Assembly (NCBI GenBank): GCA_016839585.1
Contig: JAEOTZ010000021.1
Span: forward strand, 1 to 64,000
DNA length: 64,000 bases
Direction of reading: 5' to 3'
Source of the DNA: Promethearchaeota archaeon
Lineage (GTDB): Archaea; Asgardarchaeota; Lokiarchaeia; Sigyniarchaeales; SOKP01
In this document: piece by piece, positions 19,380 to 28,080 of the stretch
Position numbering within the stretch: the first letter of the stretch is position 1
How the letters are laid out: every line of letters begins with the position of its first letter
The notes under the pieces: generated by a model
Databases searched by the model: none
Told to the model about the DNA's origin: nothing
The model's input: only the letters and a program-made list of their open reading frames with translations
Program-made: the position numbers and the translations under genes

Positions 19380-19922
19380 TTATTCATCCCTATTTTCAGG
19401 TTTTCCCTTATTCTCATCTTCAGGTTTGTTTTTCTTTTTAATCTTCTTTAACCCTTCAATAGCTTCTTTCCTTACAAGAGGATTTACATCTTTAAGAGCT
19501 TTTGTTAGAGCATCTAAACTATATGGATGGTGTAAATCACCTAGCTTGTCAGCGGCTTCCAATCGTACATTCTCATCTGGATCATGTAATAATACATATG
19601 TCAATACTCCTAATACTTTTGTCTCTCCAAAATCACCCAAAGTATCAACAGCTTCTCTCCTTACCCCAGCATCAGGATCTGTTGTTGCTGTTATTGCTAA
19701 CTGTTTTGAAATTTCATCAGAATTCCCAATTGGCTCTATAGCGCTTAGATCAACACCACAATACTTGCAAAAATTATGATGAATTTTAATATCATTTCCA
19801 CAAGCAGGGCATACCCTTCGTGTATTAAAATCTATGAATGATCTTGTTGGTGTTGCTATTACTCTTTTTACTTTATAAGGATTTACATTTGGATCCGGTC
19901 TAATATATTTATCTTTTCCCAT
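19380..19922 (-). CDS. Zinc ribbon + HEAT (PBS-lyase-type) repeat protein
   Basis: 'CPACG...FCKYCG'; three repeats 'DPDAGVRREAVDTLG', 'DPDENVRLEAADKLG' and 'DVNPLVRKEAIEGL'. Confidence 0.85.
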   Translation of the reverse strand: MGKDKYIRPDPNVNPYKVKRVIATPTRSFIDFNTRRVCPACGNDIKIHHNFCKYCGVDLSAIEPIGNSDEISKQLAITATTDPDAGVRREAVDTLGDFGETKVLGVLTYVLLHDPDENVRLEAADKLGDLHHPYSLDALTKALKDVNPLVRKEAIEGLKKIKKKNKPEDENKGKPENRDE

Positions 19923-20037
19923 AATAATCTTATATTAAATTTGATTCTAATAGGATGAATAATGTAATTTAGCCTTTTATTTTTATTTTTTATTTAATAA
20001 AAACAGTCTTATAAAAAAAAAGAAAAAAGGATAATTT

Positions 20038-21099
20038 TTATGCAATAGTAATATAATTACTTAAATAGACATCTTGTACAGCATTAAGAATTTTAACTCC
20101 TTCAGATTTTGATTTTTTAAACGCTTTTCTCCCAAGTATTAGACCCATTCCACCAGATCGCTTATTTATTACTGCGGCTTTAACAGCATCTTGAAGGTCA
20201 TTACCACCAGATTCTCCACCCGAATTAATTAAGCCAATTCGCCCCATATAGCAGTTGGCAACCTGGTATCTATTCCATTCTATAGGGTGATCAGTAGCTA
20301 ATTTTTCATAGACTAATTTATCCGTTTTTCCAAAATTTAAGTCTAGAAACCCCCTATTTAGAGTGGATATTTTTTGTTTTATGATATCAGCTTCAATAGT
20401 AACGCCTAAATGATTTGCCTGAGACTCCAGATCATTAGCAGTATGATAATCTTTTCCATCTTTAATGAATTCTTCTTTATTTCTTAAATAACACCATAGG
20501 ACACAAACTAAGCCTAATTCATGAGCATATCTAAAAGATTCACTAATTTCTTGAATCTGGCGTCTAGATTCTTTAGAACCAAAGTAAATTGTTGCACCTA
20601 CTGCAGCAGCTCCCATAGTCCATGCTTGATCCACATTCGCGAAGAGTGTTTGATCCGAAAGTTCTGGTTTTGTAAGTAATTCGTTATGATTTATTTTTAC
20701 TATAAATGGAATTTTTCTAGCATACCGACGAGAAATTGATCCTAAAACTCCTAGAGTGGAGGCAACACCATTACATCCACCATCTATGGCCAATTTAATA
20801 ATATTTTCAGGATCAAAATATGATGGATTTACAGCAAAACTTGCAGACCCACTATGTTCAATACCTTGATCTACAGGTAATATAGAAAGGTATCCGGTTC
20901 CGGCTAGACGACCACGTTGATTAAATAATCTAATCATATTATTTAAAACCAAATTATTACGGTCTGAATGCTCTATAACTCTTTCAATGAAATCTGGTCC
21001 TGGAACATGAATAAGATCCTTCGTGATTCCTGTACACATATGATTCAGAAGATTTTCAGCTTCAGATCCAAGGAGGTTTTTAATCTCATTAAAATCCAT
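20038..21099 (-). CDS. fbaB: Class I fructose-bisphosphate aldolase (DhnA/FbaB type)
   Basis: '[21 protein letters not shown]', 'KINHNELL', 'VGATIYFGS', 'ADIIKQK' (Schiff-base Lys), 'GLINSGG', 'GLILGRKAF'. Confidence 0.95.
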   Translation of the reverse strand: MDFNEIKNLLGSEAENLLNHMCTGITKDLIHVPGPDFIERVIEHSDRNNLVLNNMIRLFNQRGRLAGTGYLSILPVDQGIEHSGSASFAVNPSYFDPENIIKLAIDGGCNGVASTLGVLGSISRRYARKIPFIVKINHNELLTKPELSDQTLFANVDQAWTMGAAAVGATIYFGSKESRRQIQEISESFRYAHELGLVCVLWCYLRNKEEFIKDGKDYHTANDLESQANHLGVTIEADIIKQKISTLNRGFLDLNFGKTDKLVYEKLATDHPIEWNRYQVANCYMGRIGLINSGGESGGNDLQDAVKAAVINKRSGGMGLILGRKAFKKSKSEGVKILNAVQDVYLSNYITIA

Positions 21100-21236
21100 T
21101 TTTTTATATCATCCTCTTTATTATATTTTAAGATTAAAGAAGAAATAATCGTCCTAAAATAAAATATTTTTCCTTCTTAATATTTACTAATCAATAGTTT
21201 TAAGAAGAAGTATGCAAATTGAGCCTTGCAGATATA

Positions 21237-21521
21237 TTATTCTGATTTACCATTTGAATCAAAAAATTCTTTTAATAGTTCTGAAAGGAGATTATAATTA
21301 CTTGAATGAACTTTTGAACTTCCACTTTCTAATTTAAGTAAAATTTTTCTTTTTTCTACACCATTAATCTCTAACTTTAATAATAATCTCTTCTTTTGAT
21401 ATTTTAAATTTCTAACATCAGAAGTTTTTTCCCATAAGTTATCTATCTTTTCTGAAAGAACTTCTTTTTTATTGAAGGGAGGTTTTAATTGATTTCTTTT
21501 TATTGTATCTGTTTTTTCCAT
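21237..21521 (-). CDS. Hypothetical protein
   Basis: 94-aa ATG ORF filling an intergenic gap; no motif recognised. Confidence 0.45.
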   Translation of the reverse strand: MEKTDTIKRNQLKPPFNKKEVLSEKIDNLWEKTSDVRNLKYQKKRLLLKLEINGVEKRKILLKLESGSSKVHSSNYNLLSELLKEFFDSNGKSE

Positions 21522-21670
21522 TTTTCTAAATTTATCTTGTAATTACTTGCTTTATTATTTATGAGATATTTTCATCCCGTATTTAAAAACCCCATCAATA
21601 ATTTCGGTTAGAATTTTACCTTATGAATTTGAACGAGAAACATTAATTTGTATGGGAATTTTTCATAACT

Positions 21671-22000
21671 ATGCCTAATGAATTCGATTTTAAAAACTAC
21701 AAATCAATAGAAGACTATGGTAAGACAATGGAAGGTACAAAATATCTTCATGATTTATATCTAAAGGCAGTAAATCATCCCGTTCGCAGAAAAATATTAA
21801 CTATCGTTAATAATGCTAAAAAAATTTCTAAAGAGAAATTGTTTAGTATTCTTTTGGACGAAAACGTTATCAATGATGAATTTTCACTCAATTATAATAT
21901 AGATTACTTGATTAAAGCTTTTTGCATTGAAAAAATTGAAGAAAAAAGTAAAATTTACTATGAAATCACTCAAAGTGGAAAAGTGGTTGATTATTTATAA
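21671..22000 (+). CDS. ArsR-like winged-helix protein
   Basis: 'KAVNHPVRRKIL', 'LNYNIDYLIKAFCIE', 'YYEITQSG'. Confidence 0.75.
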   Translation: MPNEFDFKNYKSIEDYGKTMEGTKYLHDLYLKAVNHPVRRKILTIVNNAKKISKEKLFSILLDENVINDEFSLNYNIDYLIKAFCIEKIEEKSKIYYEITQSGKVVDYL

Positions 22001-22017
22001 TAAAGTAATTATAATTT

Positions 22018-22470
22018 TTAATCTCCCATCAATTTTTTATAGCAATTACAACAAGGGATTCCAAAACTAAGATTAATTTTATTTAATTTCTTACTTCTTA
22101 GATTCATGAATTTAATTAACTTTTCTTTAAAGAAAGTATCTTCGTCAAAATATAGCTTCTTTAAATTACGATAATGATTGTATTGATAACAGATAGGGCA
22201 AATTTGATAGAATTTTATAAAGCTTGAAAAAAATTCTTTTTCTTCTTTCGAAAGAGCTTTCAGCTTTAAATCAGGATTATTATCGATAAGATTTCTTAAA
22301 TTATTTAGTTCATTTAGCATTTCATCTCTTAATAATGTTGTATTGATTCTCCGATTTTCCAAACTATTTAATTTTTCGCTTATTAGAATTTCTTGAGTGT
22401 CTGATTTATCAAAATATTCTATAGCTTTATAAAAAAGTGGTAAACGTTTATTTTTCTGCTTTTCACTCAT
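22018..22470 (-). CDS. Hypothetical protein with possible Zn-binding Cys pairs
   Basis: 'CPIC' and 'PCCNC' motifs in a 150-aa ORF. Confidence 0.55.
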   Translation of the reverse strand: MSEKQKNKRLPLFYKAIEYFDKSDTQEILISEKLNSLENRRINTTLLRDEMLNELNNLRNLIDNNPDLKLKALSKEEKEFFSSFIKFYQICPICYQYNHYRNLKKLYFDEDTFFKEKLIKFMNLRSKKLNKINLSFGIPCCNCYKKLMGD

Positions 22471-22546
22471 ATAAAAAAATCATTTTTTTTTATTCGTATT
22501 TCTTTTTTTTCATAAAATATCTAGTTTGACAATCTAAAAAATCTTT

Positions 22547-23833
22547 TTAAAGAAATTTCAAATTTTTCTCATTTCGGTTAAAAATATCATTCTTTTGCTC
22601 ACTAGTTAATCTCCTGAATTCAATTACTTTGGAAGGCGCAAAATATTCAAAATTAAACTCAATATCATCACCTGCAAACTTGCCAGGGATTGGCATCAAG
22701 CGTGCTGTTAAAGGTTTATTCAACCTAACAGAAAGTGTACACAAATCTAATAATATATAAAATAATTCTTTTTCTGTAATATCACCAGGTAGAGGAACAA
22801 CATCTAGACCTGTACCACAAATCGTAGAGTATAACAAGAGAGAATCTATGTTGAATTTATTTTCTGATAATCTTTTGGATATAATATAATCTTCTAATAC
22901 AGGTTGCATAAAACCTGAAAATCCGATGATATTCTCCTTATCAATTGGAATGGAATTATTTATTAATGCTATTCCAGTTAAAGTGCCATTAGCTCCAAAA
23001 TATTCAATACCTAGTTTTTCTATTGCTGTTCCTATGCTTTTTTCAATTATAGGATAGGGGGCAGGTGAAAAATCAACTCCTTTAAATTCAATATTGAATT
23101 TTCTTCCCGCTTTTATTGAAATTTTAGTTAATTCATCGTAGATTTCATTAAATTTCATTAACAAATTGTCTTGTACGTCTTTAAATGTAGTAGAAGAATC
23201 AATAACATCAATAATTACATCTGCCATTTCTAAAGCAAGAGAAAAACCTGGTTTTTCAGAAAGGTGATATGCTGCCGGAAAAAAGGGAACGTTTGGTTTA
23301 ACATTAGATGACACACAGAATCTCAAATTATTAAAAGGATCGGGCTCTGAAAGTTTTTTGATTATTTTAGCACTAGACTTTATAGCTGAAATATTAATTC
23401 CAGTTTCTGTAGACGCTAAAGGTAAAGATGTGAAAAAGTTTTCACTATTTTTAATGAACTGAGGTACTTCATTTAATAGTAACTTCTCAAAAATTCCTAG
23501 CTCTTGAATTTGATTTGCTAACATCATGCAGCAAGCAAAATAGTCTATATCATAATCCTTGAATATAGCTTGTAAAAAACCTAATTGTTCACTTATATCG
23601 AATAATGTTTCTTGTAAATTCTTTTCATAGAATAATTTGTTATCATAACTAAAAATTGGTTGTGAACAAACTCGTTTAGTATCAACTAGAATATTACTAT
23701 CATCAAATTGGTTGATAATTTCATTATTAAAGTTAGTAAAATTTTCAAGTTTTTCTTGTAAATAGGATAGTGTTGTTTCATTCCTATTCAAGAAGGGGAT
23801 TACCTGTCCAATCGTAATACTTCGTATTCTCAT
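22547..23833 (-). CDS. DUF711 / UPF0210 family protein
   Basis: 'MRIRSITIG', 'PFFPAAYH', 'GVDFSPAP', 'GFSGFMQPVLED', 'YSTICGTGLDVVPLPGD', 'KPLTARLMPIPG'. Confidence 0.9.
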   Translation of the reverse strand: MRIRSITIGQVIPFLNRNETTLSYLQEKLENFTNFNNEIINQFDDSNILVDTKRVCSQPIFSYDNKLFYEKNLQETLFDISEQLGFLQAIFKDYDIDYFACCMMLANQIQELGIFEKLLLNEVPQFIKNSENFFTSLPLASTETGINISAIKSSAKIIKKLSEPDPFNNLRFCVSSNVKPNVPFFPAAYHLSEKPGFSLALEMADVIIDVIDSSTTFKDVQDNLLMKFNEIYDELTKISIKAGRKFNIEFKGVDFSPAPYPIIEKSIGTAIEKLGIEYFGANGTLTGIALINNSIPIDKENIIGFSGFMQPVLEDYIISKRLSENKFNIDSLLLYSTICGTGLDVVPLPGDITEKELFYILLDLCTLSVRLNKPLTARLMPIPGKFAGDDIEFNFEYFAPSKVIEFRRLTSEQKNDIFNRNEKNLKFL

Positions 23834-23980
23834 AATATTGAATTTAGAATTTTATTCTCATACTATAATAAACAATTTCAATTAATAAGATTTATAGAGA
23901 AATAGCAATAAAACAACAAAATTCTAACTATTATTAATACTAAATTAAAATTTTCTTTTTTAAATAAGATAATAAGAATC

Positions 23981-26395
23981 TTATATTTCATCTAACTTAG
24001 CTTTATCTATTGCTTTTTCTTTTCTTGAAATAGGTTTTGTATATTCTTCCGGACGAATTGGGCCTAAATTTTCTAATTCTTCTTTGAATTCAGTTATTAT
24101 TTGAGCAAATTTTTCTCCTTCTCCAGCAGATATACTCGTAATTTTAACACGATTCTCATTTATGCCTGTTTCCGCTAACATTTGCTTAATACTTTCGTAA
24201 CGTGTTGTTGCTTTTTTAAATCCTTCTTGATAATGACAATCTTGAGGATAACATCCAGCAATTAAAACACCATCCGCACCATAAAAAAAGCTCTCAAACA
24301 CTAAAGAGGGATTCAACATCGCAGTACACATTACATGAATAATTCTTACATTTGTAGGGTAAGTTAATTTACTTATACCGGCAAGATCTGCCCCCAGATA
24401 GGAACACCAATTACAAAGAAAAGCAATAATAAGTGGAAATTCTGATTTATCTTTTAATAATGAATTTATTTGGGCAGAGATCTGATTTTTCGTGAACCCC
24501 GGAATATATAGAGCATCAGTTGGACATTGAGCAGCACACGCTCCACATCCAGTACAATTTGCTTGAATAATATCTAAATGATTCTTTTCAATATTTAGTG
24601 CATTAAACATGCAGATATTTTCACATAAACGGCATAAATCACATTTTTCCTCATCAAAACACACTACATGTGGATCTAATTCTACTTTCTTTTTAGAGAT
24701 TAAACTAATTACTTTAGCGGCTGCGCTTTCTGCTTGAGCAATACTACTTGGAATATCTTTTGGTCCTTGAATTGCCCCAGCTATATATATCCCAAAAATA
24801 GAACTTTCAGAAGGATTTACTTTTAAATGCTTTTCTAATAAAAACCCATAAGAATCTTGAGAAATGCCTAAAATTTGACTTAATTTGTCTGTATTTTCTG
24901 CTGGCTCAATACCTACTGCTAAGACTACTAGATCTGTTTTATTTTCAAATAAAGCATCTTCAGTAACATCTTCTCCTCGAATAATTAACTCTTCAGATGT
25001 ATCACTCTTTAATATTGCTGATATATTACTTCTAATAAACCGTATTCCAAAAACTTCACGTGCCCTGTTATAGAATTCTTCACAATTCTTGCTAATAGAT
25101 CTAATATCTGTGTAATAAATATTAATATTAATATCAGGATATTCTTTTTTTAGTAAAATTGCTTGTTTTATTGCAACATTACAACAAACCTGGCTACAAT
25201 ATTCACGATGAATCTTTTTATTTCGTGATCCAACACATAATACAAATGATACCTTCTTTGGTGGTTGACCGTTGGAAGGTCTTATGATTCTTCCATGGGT
25301 GGGGCCATCATTATTAAATAATCGTTCCATTTGCATTGTTGTAATTACATCAGAATATTTTTGATAATTTAATTCTCCTAGTATGGATGGATCAAATATC
25401 TTTAATCCAGTTGCTACGATTATTGTACCAACTGAAATATCTAAAAATTCCGGTTTTTGGTCAAAATCAATTGCATTTCGATCTCCACATGCAAGTTCAC
25501 ATGCCTTACATCCAATACAATATTCCTCTAAAATATTTGGAAATAGGGGAATAGCCTGTGGATATGGAACATCTATAGCCTTTCTTGGGAAATATGTATT
25601 CTCTATATCGATAGGGCACACATCACGGCAGATATCAACACAACCTACACAAACTTCTTCTTTTATAAACCGAGGATTTTTTCTTATAGATACTTCAAAA
25701 TTACCAACATATCCATCAACTTTTTCTAACTCAGAATAAGTTAATAATTCGATATTAGGATGATCTTTAACTTCCGTCATTAATGGTCCAAGAATGCAGA
25801 TCGAACAATCTAAAGTGGGGAAAGTTTTATCGAATAGAGCCATATGGCCCCCTATAGTAGGTTCCTTTTCTACTAAATACACTTTATAGCCAGCATCAGC
25901 GATAACCATAGCCGCTTTTATCCCCGCAATACCTCCACCGATTATTAAGCAGGATGGTAGTACACTTGAATATTGGACTTCTAAAGGTTTTAAGAGTTTA
26001 ACTTGTTCTATTGCCATATTAATTTGATCAATTGCTTTTTTTGTAGCTTTCTCTGGCTCATTGGCATGGACCCATGAATTTTGTTCCCTTATATTTGCAA
26101 ATGATATTAAAAATCGATTAATTCCTGCTTTTTCGATAGTTTTCCGAAATAACAGTCCATGTAATTTAAATGAACATGCTGCAATAACAACACGATCGAT
26201 TTTTTTTTCTTTAATCTCTTCAATAATTTTGTTTAAACCTAATTCTGAGCATAAGTATTGATCTCCAATAACATGGATCTCTGGATAATTGCTGAAATGT
26301 TCAATTAACCTCTTATTGTCAATAACTCCAGATATGTTTTTCCCACAGTCACATAAAAATAATCCTATTTTCAATTTGAGACCTCTTGTAACCAC
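23981..26395 (-). CDS. hdrA: Heterodisulfide reductase subunit A fused to a C-terminal MvhD (hydrogenase Fe-S delta subunit) domain
   Basis: 'FLCDCG.NI', 'ANIREQNSWVH', 'IGGGIAG', 'DKTFPTLDCSICIL', 'CVGSR...YCSQVCC', 'GIYIAGAIQGPKDIP', ferredoxin motifs; MvhD part 'FLCNWCSY..AD', 'GADGVLIAGC...DCHY'. Confidence 0.95.
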   Translation of the reverse strand: MVTRGLKLKIGLFLCDCGKNISGVIDNKRLIEHFSNYPEIHVIGDQYLCSELGLNKIIEEIKEKKIDRVVIAACSFKLHGLLFRKTIEKAGINRFLISFANIREQNSWVHANEPEKATKKAIDQINMAIEQVKLLKPLEVQYSSVLPSCLIIGGGIAGIKAAMVIADAGYKVYLVEKEPTIGGHMALFDKTFPTLDCSICILGPLMTEVKDHPNIELLTYSELEKVDGYVGNFEVSIRKNPRFIKEEVCVGCVDICRDVCPIDIENTYFPRKAIDVPYPQAIPLFPNILEEYCIGCKACELACGDRNAIDFDQKPEFLDISVGTIIVATGLKIFDPSILGELNYQKYSDVITTMQMERLFNNDGPTHGRIIRPSNGQPPKKVSFVLCVGSRNKKIHREYCSQVCCNVAIKQAILLKKEYPDININIYYTDIRSISKNCEEFYNRAREVFGIRFIRSNISAILKSDTSEELIIRGEDVTEDALFENKTDLVVLAVGIEPAENTDKLSQILGISQDSYGFLLEKHLKVNPSESSIFGIYIAGAIQGPKDIPSSIAQAESAAAKVISLISKKKVELDPHVVCFDEEKCDLCRLCENICMFNALNIEKNHLDIIQANCTGCGACAAQCPTDALYIPGFTKNQISAQINSLLKDKSEFPLIIAFLCNWCSYLGADLAGISKLTYPTNVRIIHVMCTAMLNPSLVFESFFYGADGVLIAGCYPQDCHYQEGFKKATTRYESIKQMLAETGINENRVKITSISAGEGEKFAQIITEFKEELENLGPIRPEEYTKPISRKEKAIDKAKLDEI

Positions 26396-26657
26396 TAAAT
26401 TTTCGCAATCTTATGAATAATATAACTTTAAATTTATATTAATTATACTAATAATTTGTTTAAGTTAATCTTAATTCTTCGCAATTATAATAAAAAACTA
26501 TTCCCTACTTATTAATTATTTATTTAGTAAGAAAGTTATAGGCTTTAAATATATTAAAAATATTTATTCCATATCAATAGTGTATATTTTTAACAGGAAA
26601 TTTTACTTGATTCCTTTTATTCAATAATATTAATATCATAAATTAAGGTTATATAAA

Positions 26658-27305
26658 ATGGCTGATTATCAAATTTTTCTAACATTTTTGAGTTTGGGTG
26701 CATCTATTGCTGTTTTGTTCTTTATTATATGGGATCATATCAAGGACGACCGAATTCTGCTTAGGGAAGTTCAACAATTTTATGAAGATATTGAAATGTT
26801 AATCTTTACACACATCCAAATAAGATATTATAACGCTTTAGGAACTGACGACAAATTAAATGCAAATAAAGATTTATCAGCTTTCATAAAAAATAAAAAT
26901 CGAGATAATATTCAAAATGATTATCTAAAAACAAAAATAAGTCAACATTTTATGGAATTTTCAAAATTTTTAGGACTTAGTTTTAATATTGAGAAGGAAA
27001 ACTACTTAAATGGAACTATTTTCATTTTGAACAAGGATGGACTTCTTTCGAAAAGGAATATTGAAGAATATAAAGACATGCCAATAATAACTAATTATAT
27101 AGAAATTTCAAAAGTCCAAATTAATGAAATATTAAATTATTTAACTACTTTAAGGTTCTTTTGGAAAAAGTGGTATTATAAGTTCATTTTTAGACCTGAA
27201 TTAAAACAAAAAGTAAATTTTTATGACCTATTGGGATATATTAAGCCATTAGAACAAGTAAAACAAAGAAAAAAGTTTTTTCGGTATCGAAAAAATTTAC
27301 AATAA
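26658..27305 (+). CDS. Hypothetical protein with N-terminal TM anchor
   Basis: Hydrophobic segment at about aa 5-25; 215-aa ORF. Confidence 0.6.
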   Translation: MADYQIFLTFLSLGASIAVLFFIIWDHIKDDRILLREVQQFYEDIEMLIFTHIQIRYYNALGTDDKLNANKDLSAFIKNKNRDNIQNDYLKTKISQHFMEFSKFLGLSFNIEKENYLNGTIFILNKDGLLSKRNIEEYKDMPIITNYIEISKVQINEILNYLTTLRFFWKKWYYKFIFRPELKQKVNFYDLLGYIKPLEQVKQRKKFFRYRKNLQ

Positions 27306-27359
27306 TTTTAATTTAAAATTAACTTTAGACTTTTTGTAATTATAAAGAAGAACTATGAA

Positions 27360-27965
27360 TTACTTGTTAGCTATATCATTAGGTAGAAATTTATATACTC
27401 TAAATATATTAAAATCATTTTTCTTCATTTTTATGAAAAAATTCTTCTCCATCTCATATTCTTGTCTTGCCCATTTTATAATCTCATTTTTAGAGTAAAA
27501 ATATCCTTGGTTCTCAAGAGATTTTTGAAGAGCGGGACATCTTTTTGAATAGTCTTTAAAGTTTCTTAAACTATTTATAAGCATATTCCAACCAATAGGA
27601 AAAGCTCTACATTGGAAAGGTCTAGCTTTATGAACAGTACATTTATTATCCTTTAAAAAATGGCAATGTTCATCGTTACCAGTAAATTTAAATCCTAATG
27701 TCTTAAATCGATAAGTTTTACCTTTTTTAGTTTTTGGATTCCTCCAAAAGAAAGTATCATTTATTATTTTCAAATACTTTTTAGTAAATTCTCTCAAACC
27801 AGATTTTCCTTTTAGATTTAAATGATTGGCAAGCGTTTTAATGTCATTTTTATATAAAAATACTTCGCCTTCGCCTAATCCTCTACAACAAGTGCCACAC
27901 ATCTCGCAGGAAAAGAAAATTCCATTCTCAAACTTTTTTGAGATTTTAATCTCAGTTGAGGTCAA
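27360..27965 (-). CDS. YkgJ family cysteine-cluster (CxxCxxCC) protein
   Basis: 'FSCEMCGTCCRG', 'CHFLKDNKCTVHKARPFQCRAFP'. Confidence 0.9.
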   Translation of the reverse strand: MTSTEIKISKKFENGIFFSCEMCGTCCRGLGEGEVFLYKNDIKTLANHLNLKGKSGLREFTKKYLKIINDTFFWRNPKTKKGKTYRFKTLGFKFTGNDEHCHFLKDNKCTVHKARPFQCRAFPIGWNMLINSLRNFKDYSKRCPALQKSLENQGYFYSKNEIIKWARQEYEMEKNFFIKMKKNDFNIFRVYKFLPNDIANK

Positions 27966-28080
27966 AACTATAATTTATCTTTTTGTTGTTGGTTTTTAAA
28001 TAATATACAAATATTTAATTAATATTTAAATATTAATTCATTGATTATTTTAGGCAATAATGAAAGAGGAGTTTTAGTTT

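Noticed and set aside
11062-21162. ORFs 11062..11265, 11734..11943, 11972..12160, 13422..13607, 14802..15008, 17372..17572, 19345..19779, 19502..19741 and 20968..21162
   Set aside because: Antisense or alternate-frame overlaps of stronger genes. The similarity between 11972..12160 and 13422..13607 (MKKFVQSV) only reflects the paralogous Zn-finger DNA read in another frame.
23981-26395. Possible selenocysteine recoding or SECIS for hdrA-mvhD
   Set aside because: The ORF has no in-frame TGA and the candidate positions are Cys codons, so no recoding is needed.
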